DNA of 63,711 nucleotides, counting the filler, from Collodictyon triciliatum (Eukaryota): NCBI GenBank assembly GCA_043381765.1. It is 12 parts of 12 records of this genome, joined end to end, with 100 filler letters (N's around TTAATTAATTAA, not from the genome) between each part and the next. Parts side by side here need not be neighbours in the genome. Positions count along the whole stretch, not along the records: positions 1 to 5,221 come from JBHJMP010005372.1; positions 5,322 to 10,541 come from JBHJMP010005373.1; positions 10,642 to 15,879 come from JBHJMP010005374.1; 9 more parts are not named here. One strand, written 5' to 3'. Within the stretch, counting starts at the first letter, position 1. Every line of letters starts with the position of its first letter. A program made the position numbers and the translations under genes. Below, piece by piece: positions 1-10,836 of the stretch. The notes beneath the pieces were generated by a model. That model saw only the letters and a program-made list of their open reading frames with translations. It was not told the origin of the DNA and ran no database searches.

Positions 1-697
1 GTCACAAGGCTGTTGTGTGCTTGGTCGGGTTGCTGTGGGCTTCCCTCGCCGCTCCTCTTCGAGTGCTTGCAGAGGTGAATTGGAACAACAACATCACTCT
101 ATGGATGCAGCACCCAAGCACACCAACTGCAATTGCTCAGTTCAATTTGTATGAATGATAGCCGAAATCAGCTAAAAAGAATGAGAGAAATATCAAAAGG
201 TGCGCGTGCCATCAATTTGACTTTCCAGCGCGCGCCTCCGCTGAATAATAAATGAACAGCTTCATAAATAGTAAAAGTTCCGTAAATTGCTGAGGTTTTT
301 AGGCAACCCTGTAGCACTAGGGTTTTAGTGCGAGCGCATCAGCATAAATCGTGCACGCTTGTAAGTTTCTTTATTTGGAAAAAATGTGCAATATGCAATA
401 TGCGACAGACTTTCAGCAGGACAATTTCATGCACATTAGCGGGCAAAGCAGAGCCCCTATATGATATCCCGAAATGGCAATACTTTTAATCTTGATATAA
501 TGCGATATACTATTCTTATATATATATTTATGTTCATATGTATTGTAATAAAGGCTTTTATATGAAATAAAGAAAGAATATGATATATTTTCCAAAATAA
601 AACTTTTAATTCTGGAATTTCTAATTTTTGTTTTTTAGAATCCCATTTCTGATTTTACACATATTAATAAAATATGATGTTCTATAATTAAATAATA

Positions 698-1907
698 TTG
701 ATTTCAAGTAAACACTTTTGTATTGTCGAAAACTCTGCAAGTTGCAGCCAGTTCTTCGATTTCAGCGTTGGTGCGGAGAACTCCCGAGTTGTTCGCAAGT
801 CTAGGAAGACTCGTGCAAGGAAGCCGCCTGCAAGTCTGTCTGAGCGAACAATAACTTTGCACGGAGTAGAGCAAGTCGTTTACAACAAGAACACGGCCCG
901 CAGGCTCACAGATGCGCTTGCCTACTTCTTGAAAGCGAACAAACTTTGGGAAGAGTCCATCCAATTGCGCTTACCGGACAGCGAAGGCCTTTGCCTGATC
1001 GCCTTCCGCACTGCAGAAAACGCCCGAAAGCTTCTGGAGCTGAGGCAGGTAAGTTTGAGCGATATTACGAGCAACTTCAGCAGAAGTAAACCAACAAAGA
1101 CCTCGTTGATGCTCCACCAACTACCGCTGGACGTGTGGCCGCAACTCCTTCGTGAGGAGCTGAAGCCGTTCAGACCGACATGCGTGGAGATCAAAAAGGA
1201 CAAAGGCTTATCCACAGACACGGCCGTGGTGAATCTTCTTTGCCACAACAACCAGCTCCCTGCAAAGTTTACGGTCATGGGCAAAAAGTGTCCAAAGCGC
1301 ATCCTCAAAGAGTATCCGCCAGCCGCGAACAACAAACGACAAGTAAAAACCCGCAAAACAAAACACCCGCCAAGCAGACAAGTAGCAACGGGTTCAAGGA
1401 AGCCAAGGCCAGGCAACAACAGGCCCGCAAGACTCACAGCAGATACGCGCATACAGCGACAGCAACTATGACATGGAAGGAAATCTCGGTTCCTCTTCAG
1501 AATCCTCGCCCTCAAGCCATCCAACGCCAACATTGGACAAGCCCGCACATCGCAAGACCCAAGAGCAGCGCATCTCCAAACCCCGAAAAAAATCCCCCCT
1601 TAAACTACCCATTCAGACTGACGTGAATATGGTTAGCATAGGAAGCATCAAGGCAGTCTTCGTTACATATCCGAAAGGATACTCAAAGCGAAGGCAACAC
1701 AAGAACCAGCGCCCACCAAAGATAGTCCGTTTATCCTGCCCCAGCCCGTCGCACGGTCAAGCGCCACTTCCGATAATACCAGACAAACAACGATGTATCG
1801 CTTTTTGTCAGAGTCGCCCAGCAAGAAACGCAAGGAAAGTGACCCGTTGTCTCCTCAAAAGACTCATCCTGTGGAATGAAATAGGATGTAAATCTTGTCT
1901 GAGATAG
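698..1907 (+). mobile_element. Degenerate non-LTR retrotransposon ORF1 (gag-like, RRM-type), apparently frameshifted
   Basis: Intronless. CLIAFRTAENARKLL...SLMLHQLPLDVWPQLLREELKPF...KGLSTDTAVVNLL resembles the RRM region of L1/Tx1-type ORF1. A basic low-complexity tail continues across three overlapping frames (698, 1180, 1473). No ORF2 is visible downstream. Confidence 0.55.
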
Positions 1908-2429
1908 ATGATTGAAAGGACTCGTCGGAATCGATTTTCGAAGTAATTGCCATGTGCGTACTTTCATCGACCCGACAACTTTGTCCGCTCTTCTATCAGT
2001 ATCGAATACAACCAGAAATCGCGTTGGAACTGAACCACCTCGGGTAGAATAGTTTGCGTGTGAGAACACTTCCTCTTCTCATTTCTATTTTCTTTTTCCT
2101 TTTCTTCTTTTTTTTCTTCCACCCAAAACACAAAAACTCCAACCACACAATCCGGGGTTTTCTACTGTCTTGTCCACAGCTCGTTATTGTCCTAGAGGCG
2201 AAGGCGGTTTCCTCGGCTTTGTTTTCTCTCAATAAACTGTTGAAAAGAAACCAAAAAAAAATTATTTTCAATACAAGCTCACAACCACATGCACTAGCAT
2301 GAAAAAAGAGCACTCATACATAAGCAGTGCCTGTACAAGTCTGGAGATGCCAGTCCACCCTGTCAACTGTCATCCTCCGTGACAGCCATCGCCCTATACG
2401 CCAGGAAATGAATCTGCAGCTCAAAATCT

Positions 2430-2494
2430 TTTTTTATTTTTTTTTTTTTTTATTCACGACAGACTTAGCTGTTGGCGCCCATGCCAACAATCAA
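2430..2494 (-). mobile_element. 65-nt 5'-truncated retroposon 3' end with poly(A) and 16-bp TSD
   Basis: Direct repeat CTGCAGCTCAAAATCT at 2414-2429 and 2495-2510 flanks poly(T) plus TTATTC plus a hairpin. Homologous to 52972-53018. Confidence 0.75.
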
Positions 2495-2661
2495 CTGCAG
2501 CTCAAAATCTCGCGGCTGCTGCCACACACTCGGGGAACAACTATCGGTTCGGTGCCCTGGGCGGAAACAAACAAACAAACAAACAAACAAACAAACAAAC
2601 AAACAAACAAACAAACAAACAAACAAACAAACAAACAAACAAACAAACAACAGGCCACATC

Positions 2662-3505
2662 ATGTTCCAATCCTTCCCGAGTACCGAAGCACACACTACC
2701 GTGACCTGTGATATCTGCAGCACATGTCCGCTCATCGGCCCACGCTTTGTGTGCCTCAACTGCCCCAACTTCGACGTCTGCCGCAGCTGCTACCGCCCTG
2801 GCGAGATGAACCACCCATCCAACCACCACTTTCTACTTTTGCGCCAGTCTGCCGCAGGCTTCATCGTCTCACAGACATGCACGCCCATCCAAACGCAAGA
2901 AACCCGCACACACTTGGGTATCACTTGCGATTTGTGCCGGTCAACTCCGCTCGAAAAAGTACGTCTCAAATGCTGCACCTGTCCAGACTTCGACGTGTGT
3001 GCAGCCTGCATCCCACGCCTGGCCCAGCCTGACTCCCACAACCCGGCTCACGCTTTTCTGCTACTGCACAGAAGGCCCAACTCGTCCGTAGGCTCACCTG
3101 AGTCCATGATAGCTAGAGGTTTAATCCCTAGAGAAGTCCTCACTATCCAGGTAAAAGCGTAGACTTACCCAAGTAGTCACTCCCACAATCAGTTTCAATC
3201 ACACACGCAGCCTTTCCTGTGCAAAATATATCAAACAGTACTGTTGATGCATTTTCTAGGTCGACACTGCTGCAGAAGCAGAACGAAAAGCCGAAGCAGA
3301 ACGAAAAGTCGAAGAAGAACGAAAAGTCGAAGAAGAACAAAAAGCTGAAGAAGAAAGAAAAGCCGAAGAAGAACGAAAAGTCGAAGAACGAAAAGCTGAA
3401 GAAGAAAGAAAAGCCGAAGAAGAACGAAAAGCCAAGGAGGCATTAACAGCTGTTGAGGTCAAACAAAACCTACTACTCGAAAGAGAGGTAAATGCACGAT
3501 ATTGA
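2662..3505 (+). CDS. Tandem ZZ-type zinc-finger protein with E/R/K-rich helical repeat tail
   Basis: Two ZZ motifs (CDICSTCPLIGPRFVCLNCPNFDVCRSC..H..H; CDLCRSTPLEKVRLKCCTCPDFDVCAAC..H..H). Intron 3151-3259 (GT..AG, phase 0) joins an exon encoding (EEERKA)n. The 3' end is uncertain because of an alternative donor at 3488. Confidence 0.8.
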
Positions 3506-4016
3506 AAAACAAGAAAATGTATCTGAAACCTAAGAAGATGAATAATAGGTTCAGTTCGTCCAGGCCAAAAGAACATTTCACCCAGGTTTGAATATCTTAC
3601 CCTAACTTCATAAAATTTTATTATTGAAGAATAAAGACGCCTATAACATCATGCCACGCAGATCGAACACAGAAAGGCTACAAACCGTTTACAGAGGGAG
3701 AAGTTTTCACTTTGTTGTCGCTTGACTCAGAAGAGTAAGCCTGAAACGAAGATACAAGATGAGGAGGATAATTTTGCCTTTTTTCTTCTTTTTTTGGAGT
3801 CATTGTGTAATTGATTCTAGGGCATTTAAAGTCAGCGGCACAGACGGCGACTTCTTCATAGAAAAGACCCATGCCAAGGAACTCAACCCTGGCTGTTGTG
3901 GAAACGCATCACCTAAAGGTTTATATATAAAACGGTTGTTATTATTTTGCGTGCCATTTTTTCTTAGTGAATTGTATTTCCTTCTTCCATCAGACCAACA
4001 AAAAAGAAGATACAAG

Positions 4017-5080
4017 ATGTCCAAAAGAGAACAGCCCATCTGCGCAAATGAACAAGATGAACCTCCTCAAACAATAGCGATGGACATTCCTGTAATTAGT
4101 CATTTTCCTTTCTTTATACTCACAACAATCAGAAGGAAATGACCAACCAATTTTAACCCAGAGCGAGCAGGAAGCCAGTGTCACTGAGACTGAAATCAAT
4201 GCATGCCTCAGCGGAGGTCTCTGCATCGTCTGTGTGGAAGAATATAACAGTCCGTGCTCTCTGCCGTGTGAGCACATATTCTGCTCTAGTTGCATCAAGG
4301 CGGTCTTTACCAATGCAGACGAGGAGCCACCGATACCATGCCCGCTCTGTGCTGAGCCTGCATATATAGATGGGAACTCTGTTGGTGAGTTGAAATCATA
4401 TTGTCACGATTCAGCTTCTTTAGGAGACACAAATGCTGCTATAGAAGCTGGGAAGGATGCTGGGATTACTGTGGTTCTCAAGTGTAAAGGAAGAAATTGC
4501 AAGGAGAATGCCAGCTATTATTGTGTTGTCTGTGCTGAGAAGGGTCTATTCTGTGAAAAGCATGGCGATATGCATATGGAATCGTTGGACGGGCATCTCC
4601 TCGAGTATATTTCGTTAGTCTATTCACGAATATCCAATTGTTTGAGACTATTGCCATCATTATAATAAATTTTTCTTTTCCTATTTATTTTTCTTTTTTC
4701 TATTTTCTATTTTCTATTTTCTATTTTCTATTTTCTATTTTCTATTTTCTATTTTCTATTTTCTATTTTCTTTTCTTTTTCTTTTTTACTTTTGAATTAG
4801 GCCACTCAATTTTGGGGCTCCGCCAAGTGCAAGAAAGACAGAGACCTGTAAGATTCATAATAACTTTCCAATCAGCTATTACTGTCCCTCGTGTATAGAG
4901 TCTCCATTAAAGTGTGCCGAGTGTGCTTTGAAAGACCGGAAACACCAAGAGGAACACAAGGAGCTTTTTCAGCAAGGATTCGACTTTGATTCCATTCTAA
5001 CCACCAAAATGCAAGAACTGCGCCACTCAGAGAGAAAGTTGGCACTAAACACCGAATCTGTCCAATTGAAAATAAGAAAG
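4017..5080 (+). CDS. RING-B-box-B-box-coiled-coil (TRIM/RBCC-like) E3 ligase, 3'-truncated by contig end
   Basis: C3HC4 RING CIVCVEEYNSPCSLPCEHIFCSSC...CPLC; B-box-like CKGRNC..YCVVC...FCEKH..H; second B-box CKIH..YYCPSC...KCAEC...H; helical region follows. Introns about 4099-4132 and 4614-4800. Confidence 0.8.
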
Positions 5081-5099
5081 GTTGGAGAACACCTTGTTA

Positions 5100-5221
<122 letters not shown>

Positions 5222-5321
5222 NNNNNNNNNNNNNNNNNNNNNNNNNNNNNNNNNNNNNNNNNNNNTTAATTAATTAANNNNNNNNNNNNNNNNNNNNNNN
5301 NNNNNNNNNNNNNNNNNNNNN
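5222..5321. other. Artificial contig linker N44-TTAATTAATTAA-N44 (11 copies in the window)
   Basis: Identical 100-nt blocks at 5222, 10542, 15880, 21199, 26519, 31837, 37151, 42464, 47779, 53093 and 58402; the 12-mer puts stops in all six frames. Confidence 0.98.
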
Positions 5322-6878
5322 TTTTTCTTTTTTCTTTTTTCTTTTTTCTTTTTTCTTTTTTCTTTTTTCTTTTTTCTTTTTTCTTTTTTCTTTTTTCTTT
5401 TTTCTTTTTCCTTTTCTTTTTCTTTTTCTTTTTCTTTTTCTTTTTCTTTTTCTTTTTCTTTTTCTTTTCGTTCGTTTGATTGTATATGATAGATCAAATA
5501 TAGCCAGTGTGTCATGGATCGAACAAGACGTGTATTGGAAGGCGTGGTTGGAGAGGAACCAGAGGCGATGAAGCGAGGGACAAACTTACACGAAGAAAGA
5601 GGTCGTTCTGCAGGGGAGCAAACTTCGACATGGTCTGGGAAAAGCTCTTTAGGAGGAGAATGAAGAAAAGTATATATGAGAACGTGAATTTGATCGGCTT
5701 CATGCTGCGCTGCAAAGAAACAGATCTGCAACCACGAGGGGCTTTGTCTTTGTGGACTGGAGGTGCGAGAGACGAAGAAGCGATAGGTGAATAATCCTGA
5801 ACTCTTCCTTGACCATGCACAGCACAGATCAGTTGGATATCACACGAAGCAGGCTGGGTCTGCCGATCATCCAGCAGCGTCTTTGGCTGCGACGAAGACC
5901 TTGAAACCTCATAAAAAGAAAAAGGGAAGGAAAAAGAAAAAAAGAAGAGGCGCATGATCGTCCAATGGCAACCACAACTAAATTAGGACGTGTGTGGTAT
6001 GGATGTTACGGTAAGTATAAATTATTTATACATGTTATTACATATATAATTCTATAAAATTGTCTATTTATATATAAATTAAAAATTTAAATTAGATAAT
6101 GAATCTTATAATCAAATAAAAAATAATTAGATAATTAATATATTATATATTCCACATATGATTTCATGTTATCCTAGAGGAATGGGACAACTGATATAGG
6201 TCAAAAATGGAATTAGAAGACATAGATTCAGCGAATTGCATCTAGAATGTATATTTGACGAAAATAATCCATATATAGAATACTGGTGATATATCTGGTA
6301 TGTTGTCGAGTCGAGATTTTTTTCTATTGGGTAAGGTGATTGCGAAAAGTCATGGCAGAAAATTATCAGAACCGTTGCGACAGGACTTCCAGATGTGTCG
6401 ATTGCGCACCTTTCCAGGCGATGTCGCGAGCTAAACGAGTCCAAATTGGGGATGCAGGCGCCCATATTCCAAGCATAGTAGCATGGGTCCATATTGGGAA
6501 ATACGCGGAGAGTTGAGTTCGAGAGATGGAAAACGGGTTGGTTGTTGCGAAAGGAAGACTGGTCGGGTTTGTTCCGGCCACAGAATGAGTGCCATGAGAC
6601 AGGCAGAATTTTTGCGGAAATGATGGTTTTCGAGGCACGATAATATATATATGTGGGTGAGTGCGTTTGAGTTTGCCAGAGTGTATATATCCAACTCTGA
6701 TGGTGAGGGAGCGAATGTCGTGGCCAGGGCTCATGGCATGGGCGATAGGCTTCCTGCCCAGAACACGGCGCCCAGCCGGCAAGCACGTGACAGATGACGC
6801 TGGAGTGAAGAGAAACTCACTGCGTGTCCAACGACATAGCACACAGCAACAGCAACTGAGACGCGCAAGACAAGGGCG

Positions 6879-7847
6879 ATGGATCTTCTTGCAATGGCCT
6901 CCACCTCAGCGTCCCTTGCGGAGCACACAAGACACCGACCAATCCACGCACAGACGGCCATGCTGATGACGCTGACGATGGCGCACGCGGCAGCAGGAGA
7001 GGCCGGCCCCTTGGCAGACGAGGAGGGCAGCAGCAGCCTCGTGCATCGCACGCACCACTGGACGCCGGAGGAGGACGCCCAGCTGGCGGTGGTAAGGCCA
7101 CAAGACTCTCCTGTCAAGGCGCTGTCACCCACGCGCGCTGTCACTCACGCGCACTGCCACCCACGCAGATCATGGAGCAGCGCGGCCCAAAGAGCTGGCG
7201 GCTGGTGTCCGAGCTGATGGGCGGCGTGCGGACGGCAGACCAGTGCTGCCAGCGCTGGCACCGCGTGCTGTGCCCGTCCATCAACCACCGCGACTGGACG
7301 CCCGAGGAGGACGCCCGCCTGCTGCATGCGCTGCGCGTCCACGGCGAAGGGCGCTGGCGCGAGGTTTGTGGCCCGTCCAGTCTGCCCCCTCGCACGCCCA
7401 CCACACTCACCGACACCCCTCCAGATTGCCCGCCTCACGCCCGGACGCACAGGGCAGCAGTGCCGCTACCGCTACCGCCACCTCAGGCGCCTGGACGACG
7501 GCACCGTGCGCAAGCGCCACAAGTCGCGCCATCGCCGGGCGTATCTGCTGTCCCACACGCCCGACCCCCACGCGCCCAGCCTCAGCCTTCGCCTCAGCCC
7601 CGCAGACGACACTGACGACACCGCCAGCAGCGCACTCACCGCCCCCAAGGCCGCCCCGTCCGCCACCGCAAATCCGGCCTCCAATGACGAGGCCAGCAAC
7701 CCCTCCTCTCTCTTGGACTCGGCCGTCGCTCTCCAGCAGCTGGCCTGCTGCGCCCTGCACCTCCCCCTGGCCCGCCCCGTCTCCGCTCCTCTCGACAAGG
7801 CATGTCTCCTCCCTGCTGAAAGCCTCTTCTCTCCGCCCTCTCTCTGA
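6879..7847 (+). CDS. R2R3-type MYB transcription factor (3 exons)
   Basis: WTPEEDAQL..GPKSWRLVSELMGGVRTADQCCQRWHRVL and WTPEEDARL..GEGRWREIARLTPGRTGQQCRYRY. Introns 7092-7168 and 7364-7424 with CTCAC branch-like motifs. Start could be 6879, 6894 or 6960. Confidence 0.9.
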
Positions 7848-8935
7848 TGCCTTCTGTCCTCCCTTTAGGCTCCGCCCCGGTCTGCAAACAGGATGTCACT
7901 CGACTGGATACTCAATTGACTCTCACCGCCTCCTGCCTCTCTGTCCCACAGGCACTTTTGTTGATGCCTACTCACACGCACCGCCCCATTTCCCTTACAT
8001 TTATTCATTTGAACCCAATATATGAAGCCCTTTCACTGCCTCACTCCACCAAAGAAAAAAATCACCACATTATGTATGTATAGTAACTCCATTCGTCGGG
8101 GTGTTTGGCGGTTGTACTTTTCCTCCTCAACAACATGCCTCAAAAGGACACCCGATTTCCAAGATACCTCTCCCTCCCTTTCTTCCCGTATGCCCTCACC
8201 TTGCGAGCTGCAACGTTTTATAAAAGTAACACTCGCTGTGTATACAGCAAAAGAAAAGCATTGTTACTCTGTGACGACTCGACCACACGACCTGGGGCTC
8301 TGTTCCCTCGTGGCGCGCACCCCGTCCGGGATTAGCCGCGCGATGCTTACATTTTTTTGTTTCCTAGGAATATTTGTTAACGAGAATCGGCGCGAGGGTA
8401 GAAGACACTAAGAATGATGGCTGTACCTTTTTCCCTCACCCTCCCCTCATTCTGAATATTCGGTTTCTCCTCAAAGTTGCCAAAAATACCACATTCGGTG
8501 CTTCGAAAGTGTCGCCCAGCTATTTCTCAGAACAAGATGTCTCGCTGCAACCTCTCACACGATAACCTTCCACGTTGCATAAGCTTATAACAATGACAAT
8601 AATGGTATTTAAAATAATGAATTTATGCCTCCCAATAATCACTACCCATAGACATATTTCTATAGTGGGATTTATCACAATTACCTACTTATGGTTGACT
8701 CTATTTGTCCTTTTATATTAAGATAAAGAGAAAAGAAATCAAGAGGATACATGCGAAAAACATTTCTAGTGACGCTATCCGAGGACACTTTGGAATATCT
8801 GAAACCCTTTGGAAGGGATTGGAGATACACAGGAAGAGATGAATGGAGGTGGAAAAAAAATTCCCCGGACTCCTGAATCATTGCACATACTTGACCATGG
8901 ACATTGATATTTGGTGATGGCAATCAAAAGGAACA

Positions 8936-9856
8936 TCAATTAATTGGGAGGCAGTTGGACCATCTATACCTTTTCGGCTTGGCTGTGGGGATTCGAGCGA
9001 TATTGGAATACATATCATGGAGCTCATTGTATTCTGAGCGATACCGAACTAGATGAATCAGCGTAAAGGAACCAATAATGTTCGAAACAATCAGAAAAGC
9101 CCAAAACATCCCAAAGTTCCTACCGCCTGCTTGATACTCATTGCCTGGGTTGTTGCCCGTTACGTACCAACAACCGATTAACACAGGCGCTGCTATAATT
9201 ATCCAAGCCAACTTGAGTACAGAAGATAAATTGTAAATAGGCCACGTTAAAAAGAGAACATATCGCCTCCGCAGGTAAGATCTACTTAGATATGTCTCCA
9301 GAAAACTGATGAGGACAGGAACCCAGTAACTGGAAACATGAAGGACCCACGCGCTTTCCTCGGATATGTCATCATGTTGGGCTCGATCTCGGATCAGATC
9401 ACCGTCTGTGGCGATGACAAAACCACCCACACTGAAAGAAACAAACGAGACAACAAATGAGATTGGGTGAGTGGCAACGATGAACACAGCATTGAGAGGT
9501 GCCTCTACGTCGAGCGAGTAGTAAACAAGATCGCAAAGCAGACACCAGAAGGCCAGGTCGCTATGCATTGAAGGAGCCTGACCAGGATAGACACGTAGAA
9601 ACCGTGTTTACTCCATACATTCATTATTATAATAATAAATATCCTCATCGATGTATGAATAAACAGGAAATGGAAAGTGTAGTGAGGCTTTAGGAAATCA
9701 ATAGCTAAGCGGTACCATAACAGAGACACTCAACACTGCGGACAGAATGAAGATAAAGCAGAACTTCCTCAGCACAAAAGTAAGCTTGTGGCGCAAGTGG
9801 TCCTCGTCCTCCAGAACATCCAGATCAAGGTGCGTCTCGATGGGTCTGTAGTCCAT
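8936..9856 (-). CDS. Multipass membrane protein, possibly FAR-17a/AIG1-like
   Basis: Exon 9716-9856 (47 codons from ATG) plus intron 9578-9715 (GT..AG) plus exon 8936-9577 gives an open frame with about 6 hydrophobic segments. The family call is tentative. Confidence 0.65.
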
Positions 9857-10836
9857 CCTTTGCGAAGGAGAATGTCTCGTCAGTGCGTGTTATGAGGTAA
9901 CTTGCAGTCTTTCAGATACCAACAGACTTTGCCTCTCAGAATTCCCCAATATCACAATAATTGTTTGCGAGTAGGGGCGTGGACACAGAAGACCCCGGAG
10001 TCACACTTGCCCTGGTGATGGGATTGCCTTCTTTTGTGAGGCCGTCTCCTTCGCTGTTTCGTTTGGGATTCGAGGCCGACGCATCCAGTTATTCCACATT
10101 AGAACAATAAAAATGGAATATACATTGATGTGTCTCAATATTGGTAGTCAATCTCTGGAAGTTCTTTAGCAATCAGGTTTTTTGAGTGCAAACTAATGTT
10201 CAAGCGAGCCGGTGCTTGTTTCATAAAGCCGTCTTTGGTCGGAGACCTTTGGACTTCTGCTTCCGCTCTGAGGTATGAGTTTGTGCGATCTCATGTCCTG
10301 TCACCATACTGAAACTCGGCAGTAAATATTTTGACCAAGGACAAAAATCAAAAAACAAAAAACAAACAACAAACAAAAACAACAACAAACAAACAAAAAA
10401 ACTAACTAACAAACAAAAAAACCAACCAACAAACAAAAAAACCAACAAACTAACAAAAACAAAAACAAAAACAAAAACAAAAACAAAAACAAAAACAAAA
10501 ACAAAAACAAAAACAAAAACAAAAACAAAAACAAAAAAAAANNNNNNNNNNNNNNNNNNNNNNNNNNNNNNNNNNNNNNNNNNNNTTAATTAATTAANNN
10601 NNNNNNNNNNNNNNNNNNNNNNNNNNNNNNNNNNNNNNNNNACATACATACATACATACATACATACATACATACATACATACATACATACATACATACA
10701 TACATACATACATACATACATACATACATACATACATACATACATACATACATACATACCAAACAAACCTGTCTGAAAAGAAGCAATCATTGTTTCTCTT
10801 TAACATTCATTTGATTATTAACCTTAAAAAAACAAG

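Noticed and set aside
4092-4132. Apparent non-canonical splice junctions (also near 62774)
   Set aside because: Alternative canonical GT donors (4099; GTCTTA upstream of 62774) restore the frame, and the conserved genes I traced splice by GT/GC-AG.
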